A stretch of DNA of 56,243 nucleotides from Candidatus Omnitrophota bacterium (GCA_038222225.1 JBBRHV010000008.1:1-56243); one strand, 5' to 3'; positions 46,401 to 54,624 are shown, counted from the stretch's first letter. The notes: a model not told the origin generated them from the sequence alone. Translations and numbers: made by a program.

Positions 46401-48082
46401 TGGTCTCTCGTCAAACCATTTCTAATTCCTAAAATCTCCTTCGCAGCGTCTTTGATCTTAACGTCATACATCAAGCCCATAAATCGGGTCGCCCCACCTG
46501 CAAAAAGAAAATGGGAAGCGATCGTGCCATCCAAATACGCGTCATTAGCCGCTGTTTTTTTCTCTTGGGTCAAAGCATTTCCTCTCACAACGCCCAGTCC
46601 TTGTCCTCGAACTAAATCACTGGCAGGAATATATTGGCCTTGGATCTGGACTGCATTAATTTCATTTACAATCCTATCAACCGTTGCTTGATCTCCGGCT
46701 TCAACAGCGGCAAGAATATCTTGCAACCTGGGCTGTATCATTGCCTGTGTATCCCGTCTCATCTCTTCCTGTACACGCAGATCTTCTTCGCTCATGTTCA
46801 CGACAGCCGAGTTAATTCCGTCTGCTGTAGTATTCTCAACAAGATCCGTCGTCAGATCTACGTTCAAAGACCCCTCAGGCCCGCGCATACCGTTGGCCAC
46901 TAAGGCCAGCTGATCCGGAGAAAGAACGGCTGAATTATTTCCGTCGATCCGGGTTGCACTAATATTTTCTTGAAGCGTCCGCCCCCGCGCGTCATGCTCA
47001 CCGTCAAACCCGCCGGAAAAATAACGCCTTGGAATAAACTGACCTGTTGTCGGATCTTCTTCCTCGCGGATATATTCATAGACGCCTTTACGGAATGCCT
47101 CGACATACTGATCATAAATCGCATCCTGTGCGACTTTGGCATCCTCAATATCCACACCTTTAACCTTGTTCTGATCCATATAAGCGCGGCTCAAGAGCGT
47201 CTGTTTCAAATTCATTTTGTACCACGTCGCTAAAACCAAAGAATGATAGATCTGGCGAAGTTTGGCGAAATTCTCGCCTTCATTAACCTCTTTTTCAATT
47301 TCCGGAATGAGGATCTCACGAATGACCTGCGAAGAAACCCCGCTGATCTCCTGAGCCGTATCACCGGTTTTGGCACTCATGCCGTATTGGGCGTTACCTA
47401 AGTTTTCACGCAAAGCCACATAATCTTCTTCCAGCATGACTCGCAAAGAACTTTTGACAATATAAGCTGCGCCGTCCCTTTCATAAACAACCGCCTCATT
47501 AGGCACAATCCAGATTTTTGTAAATGTGCTTAAGGGAATATGCGTTGTGCCGAACTCCTTTTGAGCCCGGGCATAGACCCGGTCCCAGAAATTTTTGCCT
47601 AAATCTTTTTCCGGATACATCAAACTGGCTGAAAGCTGCTTTAAAAGATAATCTTGTGCCAACAGGTCCATGGCCATTTCAGTCTGACCGAAAGAAGCCG
47701 GAACCACTCGGTTTCCTTCATAAGGTGACAAGTTGACCCACAGATCTGTTTCCGGAACAGTTAAAGACGCTAAAAAATATTTGATCAGCCGGGCAGACTC
47801 TTCACGCAAAGCGATGGGTTCTGCCTCGTCATTTCCGGTATTGACAATAAAATGAAATTGCAGAGGATTCTGCGGATCCGGCCGGATGCCTTTGATCAAA
47901 ACCGGAACATAGGCCGGACTTGTGACCACCATACTTCCTACGCTTGGCAAAGTCGGCAAGATCTGCGCCTGAACAGCATAGGGCGGAATGATAAAGGAAT
48001 TTAAAAAAGTACTAAGAATTAAGACGGTCAGGGCTTTAGATAAGATAGTCTTCTTGGCAGAGCGGTTCCATTGCAGAAACAT
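43454..48082 (-). CDS. Giant signal-peptide protein with two tandem UDP-sugar pyrophosphorylase (UDPGP)-like domains
   Basis: 1542 aa with GGAGGA 5 nt upstream of the ATG. It has a signal peptide (...PPYAVQAQ). It has the shared N-terminal module, two internal units of about 465 aa (FAGGATRFMG / FAGAATRLGLG; LLPPGHGF / LPPGHGY; ELVTNTTEQKGGTYV / ELVRNLKGQKGGSFF), and the shared C-terminal module. Confidence 0.75.
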   Translation of the reverse strand: MFLQWNRSAKKTILSKALTVLILSTFLNSFIIPPYAVQAQILPTLPSVGSMVVTSPAYVPVLIKGIRPDPQNPLQFHFIVNTGNDEAEPIALREESARLIKYFLASLTVPETDLWVNLSPYEGNRVVPASFGQTEMAMDLLAQDYLLKQLSASLMYPEKDLGKNFWDRVYARAQKEFGTTHIPLSTFTKIWIVPNEAVVYERDGAAYIVKSSLRVMLEEDYVALRENLGNAQYGMSAKTGDTAQEISGVSSQVIREILIPEIEKEVNEGENFAKLRQIYHSLVLATWYKMNLKQTLLSRAYMDQNKVKGVDIEDAKVAQDAIYDQYVEAFRKGVYEYIREEEDPTTGQFIPRRYFSGGFDGEHDARGRTLQENISATRIDGNNSAVLSPDQLALVANGMRGPEGSLNVDLTTDLVENTTADGINSAVVNMSEEDLRVQEEMRRDTQAMIQPRLQDILAAVEAGDQATVDRIVNEINAVQIQGQYIPASDLVRGQGLGVVRGNALTQEKKTAANDAYLDGTIASHFLFAGGATRFMGLMYDVKIKDAAKEILGIRNGLTRDQRQRLRKNFDEMAPAKQAALIAALEAQRGFILDETRRDIPMGPRQLLAYRASLEKLAAEQGRNLEEVIAKTKIIVHFNNENFVLGIADLEANNYYGFKRENVFILNVPVVHGASLQKDGTLQLDSASQLLPPGHGFTIEQFKLNDQVYIIDETGMPSLLKGRSLLQILKSEGVETVRTQRVNDLTMWTEDVGSVERLAYFLGMVEQGNVGIGVELVTNTTEQKGGTYVTTQSQPQRLFLIETAAMMSDGYADLYQRTGRENWDYNAFRNFYTVAGLEQILNGEFSLRRYLRYKRGKDGQFHFYTETITGDVTQLNPERVVAFQLDAKEEIKDMKAPQDLPQALDYIQRYEGFISGAFEARATSVNSAVLSTVESEISGALQVLLQRFPSDQRSKVLQYLKAGKAGEKPLAALINEVNALRVNGELVNIADLVAEPGEVLSELDEKRLASRREEAAQKYLDGQIVPDFIFAGAATRLGLGSMYSVDIKQVVLEAIGRESNLTPERKASLRKNIDAAFTKDDVLDAQARDAFLDALRKEFDEAGLSDSQYGMGPRQLIAYRKFLENLARDKGHKVKAVLDQAPIVIRINDSSLLPEVLEDLDRNDFYGFNRKNVYFVSVPVVSGFDLSEWKNLHMNRGSDQLPPGHGYILRQMNQPGTVFQLDAQGARQNLEGGLLSILEARGAEVLRAQRINDVSLWTEDVGSIDRIAYFLEQMDKGVGVAIELVRNLKGQKGGSFFRDTKTGKRFLGETISMSTPSWVKYTTEIGKQQTPYNAFRNIYGIRALKQTLEGLSLPYYLRAKDGRLYVELVTGDITGLMEGNQVVPFRIRLDEDICDFKTVTDLIEAVQFVAKWEKFVGDAPGAETNAAVLSPGQMAERTQWKKGGIDFNPAFLNLTIERDGNGIPLPLPQQPLDTIKIDGFYPVIIDMTPVRNLPFILGVADFPQKEGQTDRNNGGRDISRLQPFFQKDERLDDSRGDLSFLLN

Positions 48083-48280
48083 GTTTCCTCCTCGAATGTG
48101 AAAGATAAAAGGACTTCAATGATAGAATATTGATATATTCTAAAAGGGGCGTAATAAAAGTATATATGATATAAAAATGGAAAACAACCTTATTTCAAAA
48201 AAATATATGTTGCGAATAATGGACTTAACGCTTTTTTATGTCTCAAAAATTAAATATTGCGGAAGCGCTTTCTCCAAAAC

Positions 48281-48308
48281 AACCTCGTAGATTGGAACCT
48301 GCGAGGTT
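48281..48308 (-). terminator. Candidate weak terminator after the GH57 gene
   Basis: The minus strand has an AACCTCG...CGAGGTT stem followed by GTTTTGG. An alternative GAACCT-GCG-AGGTTC pairing is also possible. Confidence 0.35.
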
Positions 48309-48317
48309 CAATCGGCA

Positions 48318-49754
48318 TTATTCGCAAAAACTTTGCCCGCGGCGACAGAGCTCTTTGGCGTACTCTGTCCAAACGCCTGATCCCCAATAGCGGAAACAGC
48401 TGGTTTGCGATAACAGCAGATACAAAAGAGCGTTCTGATACTGGCTGGATTTCACTTCTTTTTGGGTCATTTTTTCAAATTTTTGATGAAACGCAGCACT
48501 TAATCGGTTAATCGGGTCTAAGACATCCGCGTAACCAGCCACCCAATTACGGTCGCTGGTCCAAGACGCTTTGTCCAAATTAAACCCGTGATCTTTCTGC
48601 TTGATATGGTCAATGGCCTGATCAGCGGCACCAGGCCCATAAGCCTCCTTAAGCTCAGCCCAGATCCGGTGCTGACCGATCGGCTGAATCGGCAGAAAAT
48701 CTTTATCAGAAAGACCCTCTCTTTTCAAAAGATCAAGATATTCGGACCCATTCAAACCCACCACTCCATTCGTCCCGATCCCCTCAAATCCGATATTATA
48801 ATCCCGCGGGAACTCGTTCATCATGACCCCACCGTTCTCACCATCCCCGATCTGCAGAACATACACAGGAATATTCTTTCCGGCATAATCTTCGCGTCCC
48901 CGTCCCCTGGCTTCGGCCAACGGCTGCATTTGGGCCACAAGCTTAGTGTCTGACCCTTGCGTCTTCACCAGGACCGCGATCTCAACGATTTCGCCTTTGG
49001 AATTTTTGGCCACCAAACGGTGCGGAACATGCGGCCGACGAATCCCTGAACCATCCATATTTTCAACCGTGTGTTCCTGAACCATCAGCCACTCGTATCC
49101 ACATTCCTTAAGCGCCTTGATATACTCATAACATTGATCCGGATGGATCGGAAGATGCATCTCTGGCGGCGAGAACCCTTTAACCCGGCGGACCGCATCC
49201 ACCCCGAACACAGCGGCAAAATGTTTACGCCAGGCCATGATATGAAGTTTCAAATCCGGAATTGGTGTGGACGTTGCGACCGCATGCGACCACATCGTGC
49301 CAAGCCATTCGGCATGCGTAAAATATTTTGGGTCACACACAATCCCGCGCAGCGTTTCGATGGTCTCATTAGCACCCATCTGCGGAATCCCCCAAAAGAG
49401 ATTTCCCGAATAATCCAGCATGATCCTCGCGTTATTTCCGCGGCTAACCAACTCCGGAATAAAACGCCCCATGCGCGTATAACAATCCAAAAAAACCGGC
49501 GCGTTATGATTATCGCCGGTCCCCTGATTGTCCATCATATGTTTTAAATTAGAAATCAATGAGGCACTACGCAGATCACCAGAACCGGCAGGGATCGTCG
49601 GCTGATGCATATGCAGCGCGATGCCAAACGACGACTGCAGATCCTTTAAACGAACATTGGACACTTTGGCATAATCAAAATCAGGCCTTAGCTCTTCAAC
49701 ATCTTTAGGGGTAAAAAAAATATCCGGAAGACCATTGGCGAGAATACCGTTCAT
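48318..49754 (-). CDS. Glycoside hydrolase family 57 protein
   Basis: 478 aa with GIALHMHQPT, GFSPPEMHLP (nucleophile-Glu region) and QIGDGENGGVMMNEF (DGEN motif). Confidence 0.65.
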   Translation of the reverse strand: MNGILANGLPDIFFTPKDVEELRPDFDYAKVSNVRLKDLQSSFGIALHMHQPTIPAGSGDLRSASLISNLKHMMDNQGTGDNHNAPVFLDCYTRMGRFIPELVSRGNNARIMLDYSGNLFWGIPQMGANETIETLRGIVCDPKYFTHAEWLGTMWSHAVATSTPIPDLKLHIMAWRKHFAAVFGVDAVRRVKGFSPPEMHLPIHPDQCYEYIKALKECGYEWLMVQEHTVENMDGSGIRRPHVPHRLVAKNSKGEIVEIAVLVKTQGSDTKLVAQMQPLAEARGRGREDYAGKNIPVYVLQIGDGENGGVMMNEFPRDYNIGFEGIGTNGVVGLNGSEYLDLLKREGLSDKDFLPIQPIGQHRIWAELKEAYGPGAADQAIDHIKQKDHGFNLDKASWTSDRNWVAGYADVLDPINRLSAAFHQKFEKMTQKEVKSSQYQNALLYLLLSQTSCFRYWGSGVWTEYAKELCRRGQSFCE

Positions 49755-49777
49755 GGGACCTCCTTTGCGGTAAGGGA

Positions 49778-51385
49778 TTACTTTAAGTACTGCTTAGCAC
49801 AATCAATATCGGCGAATATATTATCACGCCATTCGACTTCTGACAACCAATCTTCATCGACCCGGTTCTGCAAAATATCCTCATAGAGTTTGGTAAAACG
49901 GGAAATATGCAAACGCACCCGACGATTGGCATAGGGCACCATGGTCCCGGACTTCATGATAAACGGCCAGTCACTGGACTCAGCCAACAGCAGCTCGCGG
50001 GCAGCCTGGTTGAGAGCACGCCGCATCAGCGTCGGTTTTGACATACGGCGAGTCAATTTTGAGCGATATGTATTGGCCAATTCAACCATCCGCTCACCGG
50101 CCTTATGAATATGACGATAGATCCAGTCATTGCCCCCCTCCAGCCAATACTCGCTATACCCCTTATATCCCCAGCTGGAGGTCGACGGAACCGCCATCTG
50201 ATTGACAGTATATTCCGCTAAATATTCCGACGGCGTAATAGACTTAATGGTGTCCTGATCATGATGCATCTTGCGGAATAAAAAATCCAAAAACATCGGC
50301 CCTTCATACCACCAATGTCCATAAAGCTCGGCGTCATAGGGCGCCACAATAATCGGCTTGCGGTCCATATAATGGGTGAGATGTTCAACCTGTTTTTCCC
50401 GATTAAACAAAAAATTTCCGGCATGCTGCGCCGCTTTTTCACGGGCCCAATCCGGCCGATAAGCTTCCTTATAATCGCTCTTACCGGTGATCCGCCAATA
50501 TTTCATGCCTGTATTCACTCGAATCCCGGACGGGTGAATATACGGCTTGATATACTCATATTCCAATTCATGGCCGATATCCCGGTAATATTCGCGATAA
50601 TCCACATCCCCCGGATATCCCTCCTGCGAACTCCAGACCTGTTTTGAAGACTCCCAATCCCGCGCGAAGGCCGCAACACCCGCCGGCGTGTAGATCGGAG
50701 CATAGACACTATAGCGCGGACGCGGGTCAGCGTTGATAATTCCATGCGAATCCACAAAAAAATAACGCAAGCCTGCCTCTTTTAAAATATCTTCCACCCC
50801 GGGAACATATCCGCATTCCGGCAGCCAAATGCCGCGGGGTTTGCGCTCAAAGACTTTGGTATAGTGATCAACCGCGACCTGAACCTGGGCCCGGGCCACT
50901 TGCGGATTAATTCCTAAGATCGGTAAAAATCCATGCGTCGCACAGCAGGTAATGATTTCCAGCACGCCGATATCCTGAAAATATTTAAATGCGCTGACAA
51001 TGTCCCGGCTGAGATCATCCACAAAAAGTTTGCGGAATTCACGAAACCGGTGATTGTACATCAGCGCCAAGCCGTGAAAATGCGGCTCATATCCTGTGCG
51101 GTGAATTTCCAGTTCTGAAAGTTCAATGAGGCGGTCCAGATGGCGGATATATCGCTCCTGCAAGAGAGGATCCTGCAGCATGCTAATGAGCGGCGGCGTC
51201 AAAGACATGGTAATACGGAAGTTCACCCGATCACGCACCAATCCATCAAAGACTTTCAAAAGCGGAATGTAGGTCTCGGTGATCGCCTCATACAACCAAT
51301 TTTCTTCGAGGAAATACTCCTCTTCAGGATGTCGGACAAACGGAAGGTGTGCATGTAGAACTAAAGCAAGATATCCTTTGGGCAT
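49778..51385 (-). CDS. GH57-type 1,4-alpha-glucan branching enzyme (with DUF1957 C-terminal domain)
   Basis: 535 aa with GYLALVLHAHLPFVRHPE, GIWLPECGY, APYDAELYGHWWYEG and a helical C-terminal domain. Confidence 0.85.
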   Translation of the reverse strand: MPKGYLALVLHAHLPFVRHPEEEYFLEENWLYEAITETYIPLLKVFDGLVRDRVNFRITMSLTPPLISMLQDPLLQERYIRHLDRLIELSELEIHRTGYEPHFHGLALMYNHRFREFRKLFVDDLSRDIVSAFKYFQDIGVLEIITCCATHGFLPILGINPQVARAQVQVAVDHYTKVFERKPRGIWLPECGYVPGVEDILKEAGLRYFFVDSHGIINADPRPRYSVYAPIYTPAGVAAFARDWESSKQVWSSQEGYPGDVDYREYYRDIGHELEYEYIKPYIHPSGIRVNTGMKYWRITGKSDYKEAYRPDWAREKAAQHAGNFLFNREKQVEHLTHYMDRKPIIVAPYDAELYGHWWYEGPMFLDFLFRKMHHDQDTIKSITPSEYLAEYTVNQMAVPSTSSWGYKGYSEYWLEGGNDWIYRHIHKAGERMVELANTYRSKLTRRMSKPTLMRRALNQAARELLLAESSDWPFIMKSGTMVPYANRRVRLHISRFTKLYEDILQNRVDEDWLSEVEWRDNIFADIDCAKQYLK

Positions 51386-51456
51386 GCCTTATAAATTCCT
51401 ATAAAATAACGCGCCTACATCTGCCGCGCAACACTCAATTCTACATTGAAAACATT

Positions 51457-52878
51457 TCACGCTGCCAGGTTTTCAGATTCAACGTTTGATTTTTCGCTGT
51501 ATTCTGTTTTATCTCGACCCGCAGCGGTTACAATCGAGCGTTCATGTTTCTGATTATAAGAGACCGCCAGAAAATCCAGCGGGATATGCGTATCGGTCGG
51601 AAGCGCCATGCGCAAAGTAAACGTCCCGTCGTTACGCAAAGGAATCACACGGTCCCCCCACGTCACTGTCGCATCCGGTTCTGTGCGCCCGTAAACAATC
51701 AATTCCGTTCCCAACTCAAAGAAAAATCCTTCTTGCGGTTTAGGCTGCTCGGAAGCGCCCCAGGATGAAACCGTCTCGCTGGCTCCGCCTAACACCTCAA
51801 ACGTCGGACGGATCTTTCGACCCCGCATCCAGGTTTCCTCAGAAGCGCCTAAGAGCATTTGCTTGAAATATTCATAACCCGGAAGGTCCATGTCTTCCAA
51901 ATATTCCAGCAGCAAATCGCCATCCAGATCCATCATCATCGCATCCATGGGGATCCTCTTGCCTCCCCGAGGGCGTTTTAACATTTTTCTTAAAAGCGGG
52001 AATAAACGGGAATAATACGCCCGGATATCCGCCTCGGTCAAAAAGATCTTAAATCGTCGGCCTCGCGCCGGAGCTGCCGGCTGCAATCCCTTCCCGTCTT
52101 CCGCTTCAAAAGCATACACGTAAGGCTGAAGTTCCGCCGCTCCTCCTTGAGCACCGGAAACTCCTTCTTCAACCACCGGATGCTGAACATCCATCCATAC
52201 CAGTTCCGAACGTGCTGATATGTATTCCCGAGGCGTTGTCACAAAGTTCGAACGCGCCAACGTAAAGAAACGGCCATCAGGTGCCCGCAGACCGATGTCC
52301 GCGCAGTAGGTCACATTATCGCTCCAAATATTCACATACCAATGATTAGCCTCCCGGCCGACATCGATATCAAAGCTATGATTGGCATTATCGCCTTTAA
52401 AATCAACAAAGGTCACATCATAAAGTCTCAAAACATACGCGCAGCGGTCAATCAGATCCCCGATCTCCTTGCGGACATGTTCAAGAGAAAAAGCGGCAAT
52501 TTCCCAATAGGCATGAACCCAATGCGGATCGCGGGCCAGCAGGGTAATGCTTGTTGACCCGTAGTTTTGCGGCATAATCTCACTGTCAACAAACACGGCC
52601 TTTTTTGCACGTTCGGCATGCTCTAAATTCGCCTGGATCATTCCCTGGATTTTCGGATGGCTCATCGTCTTTGCGATACTGGAATCTGCTTGAACGGCTA
52701 GGGGCGCAACAGTCTTGGTCTTTTTAGCAGCACGAGGTTTTGCGATCGCAGATGACGCTTTCGGTTTTTTAACCGTTGCTTTTTTTACCGCGGTTTTCTT
52801 TGCCGCAGCTTTCGCAACAGTCGTCTTTTTAACAGCTGTCTTTTTAACCGTTTTCTTAATCTTGTCGTCTGCCACCAC
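51457..52878 (-). CDS. DUF4912-like protein with a Lys/Ala-rich N-terminal tail
   Basis: 473 aa. The first ~60 aa are KKT/AVKK repeats. LLARDPHWVHAYWEI matches my recollection of the DUF4912 signature. Its position between the GH57 branching enzyme and the glycosyltransferase is typical. Confidence 0.55.
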   Translation of the reverse strand: MVADDKIKKTVKKTAVKKTTVAKAAAKKTAVKKATVKKPKASSAIAKPRAAKKTKTVAPLAVQADSSIAKTMSHPKIQGMIQANLEHAERAKKAVFVDSEIMPQNYGSTSITLLARDPHWVHAYWEIAAFSLEHVRKEIGDLIDRCAYVLRLYDVTFVDFKGDNANHSFDIDVGREANHWYVNIWSDNVTYCADIGLRAPDGRFFTLARSNFVTTPREYISARSELVWMDVQHPVVEEGVSGAQGGAAELQPYVYAFEAEDGKGLQPAAPARGRRFKIFLTEADIRAYYSRLFPLLRKMLKRPRGGKRIPMDAMMMDLDGDLLLEYLEDMDLPGYEYFKQMLLGASEETWMRGRKIRPTFEVLGGASETVSSWGASEQPKPQEGFFFELGTELIVYGRTEPDATVTWGDRVIPLRNDGTFTLRMALPTDTHIPLDFLAVSYNQKHERSIVTAAGRDKTEYSEKSNVESENLAA

Positions 52879-52885
52879 TCACTCC

Positions 52886-54046
52886 TTAGGTTTCATAAAT
52901 TGACAACACTTCATCCGCGATAATATCCCACGAAAATACGGACTCAGCCGCAATACGACCATTACGACCCATCCAGCGGGCGTCATCAAAATCTTCAAAC
53001 AACGTTCCAATCCCCCAAGCGATCGACTCCGGATTATCCGAGATCTTAAGCCCGTTCACCTCATGCCAAACGATCTCTGACGGACCGCCTTTATCACAGG
53101 CCACCACCGGTTTTCCCGCGCTCCAGGCCTCCAAAATCACAATTCCAAACGGCTCATTACGGCTGGGAACACAAACACAATCCGTTGCCTTAAACAAATC
53201 TTTCAGCTTCCAGCCATTGACATGTCCTAAAAAGCGACAGGCATGTCGAACCCCCAGATGCGACGCCTGCTCCTCCACTTGATGGCGCATCTCGCCGTCT
53301 CCGGCGAAGACAAATTTTGCGTTCGGATAATAGGCCAAGACATACGGAATTGAACTCACCAACAGGTCCACGCCTTTCTGATAGACCATGCGCCCCACAA
53401 AAAGAACCATGGGGTCCATCGGCCCGATATCATACATGCGCTTAACCCCGGCCGGTTCTACCCAGCCGTCAAAATGGCGATAATCAATTCCATTATAAAT
53501 CACATTCACTTTTTCAATGGGCGTACTATAAATCCACTGCACTTCGTTCTTCAACAAATGCGATACCGCAACCACGCTATCCGCCTCATAACAGGCCTCC
53601 CATTCAATATGACGAATCCGTTCGGACCCGCCTCCGAAGAAATTGTTCCCGCAACGTCCGTATTCCGTGGAATGCATCGTGAAGACCGTATGATGCGGCC
53701 TGCCCTTTTTAATCCAATACATCGCAGGCGCTGCCAGCCAGTCATGGGCATGAACCACATCAAAATGACCAAGCTGATCTTCCGTTCCGAAAAACGTACT
53801 ACAGAAGGAACGGCACATATTATGAATTTCTTCGATAAAATCCGGATTGGAATCAAAAAGACAACGATGATAATGAACACCATGAATCAATTCATAGTGC
53901 GAGGGGTTGGATTTTCCCATGCGGGTAAAAACATGCACTTCATGTCCCTTTCGCTGAAGAGCGCAGGCTAATTCTGTAACATGAAAAGCGACTCCCCCTA
54001 CATAGATCGAATGAACGGCTTCCCATGATAAAAGTGCGATACGCAT
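52886..54046 (-). CDS. GT-B glycosyltransferase (GT4/GT5-type, glycogen-synthase-like)
   Basis: 386 aa with MRIALLSWEAVHSIYVGGVAFHV and the E-x7-E motif (NEPFGIVILEAWSAGKPVV). Confidence 0.75.
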   Translation of the reverse strand: MRIALLSWEAVHSIYVGGVAFHVTELACALQRKGHEVHVFTRMGKSNPSHYELIHGVHYHRCLFDSNPDFIEEIHNMCRSFCSTFFGTEDQLGHFDVVHAHDWLAAPAMYWIKKGRPHHTVFTMHSTEYGRCGNNFFGGGSERIRHIEWEACYEADSVVAVSHLLKNEVQWIYSTPIEKVNVIYNGIDYRHFDGWVEPAGVKRMYDIGPMDPMVLFVGRMVYQKGVDLLVSSIPYVLAYYPNAKFVFAGDGEMRHQVEEQASHLGVRHACRFLGHVNGWKLKDLFKATDCVCVPSRNEPFGIVILEAWSAGKPVVACDKGGPSEIVWHEVNGLKISDNPESIAWGIGTLFEDFDDARWMGRNGRIAAESVFSWDIIADEVLSIYET

Positions 54047-54508
54047 CTAAATAAGCTCCTTTACAGAGTTTAACGTACCATGAGGATTAAAAACCGTGGC
54101 ATTATTATGCGGGTCGGTCTGCCACTCTCCATCAACGAAAAATTTATATTCATAACGACCCGGGCCAGGCAAAGAAATCTTGCGGCGCCAAAGACCATCT
54201 TTAAATCGTTTCAGCGGAATTTTCTTACTCCAACCGGTAAAATCACCAATCACCGCCACCGCAGACGCGTTTGGGCAAGGCCACACAAAACTAATGGACT
54301 TCTCTGTCTTGGTTGAATCACCTTTGATCAATTCTTCTAATTTAACACCAAGAACTTCCGCAATGTCTTTAAGGATAAAGGCTTTCAACTCTCTCTTGTT
54401 GGCCTCCCAAAGACATATCGCCTGACGCGAAACACCGAGTTCTTCCGCTAATTTTCTTTGAGTAAATTTTCGTTTTTGTCGAATGCGCTTGAGATTCTCA
54501 CCAAACAT
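54047..54508 (-). CDS. XRE-family HTH fused to a CBM48 / AMPK-beta glycogen-binding domain
   Basis: The N-terminus has NLKRIRQKRKFTQRKLAEELGVSRQAICLWE. The C-terminus has VAVIGDFTGWSKKIPLKRFKDGLWRRKISLPGPGRYEYKFFVDGEWQTDPHN. I placed the start at MFGENL (AGGA upstream); the track ORF extends to 54541. Confidence 0.75.
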   Translation of the reverse strand: MFGENLKRIRQKRKFTQRKLAEELGVSRQAICLWEANKRELKAFILKDIAEVLGVKLEELIKGDSTKTEKSISFVWPCPNASAVAVIGDFTGWSKKIPLKRFKDGLWRRKISLPGPGRYEYKFFVDGEWQTDPHNNATVFNPHGTLNSVKELI

Positions 54509-54602
54509 AGATGTCCTCACATGCTGCAAGAGTGTCAACACAATGTTAACATCTCAAAAATTCTGAAATAAAAAAACCTAACTTTTGAATAATGCCACGC
54601 TT

Positions 54603-54624
54603 AACAAATTGTATACATTTTGTT
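54603..54624. promoter_or_regulatory. Imperfect 22-bp palindrome in the divergent intergenic region (candidate operator)
   Basis: AACAAATTGTA|TACATTTTGTT, with arms matching at 10 of 11 positions. An extra AACAAATT half-site lies at 54634-54641, overlapping a minus-strand TTGACA. Confidence 0.4.

Noticed and set aside
54047-54541. The XRE-family HTH protein as the antitoxin of a toxin-antitoxin or phage-like module.
   Set aside because: There is no adjacent small toxin-like ORF. The protein is fused to a CBM48 domain and sits at the head of a glucan operon, which fits a metabolic regulator.
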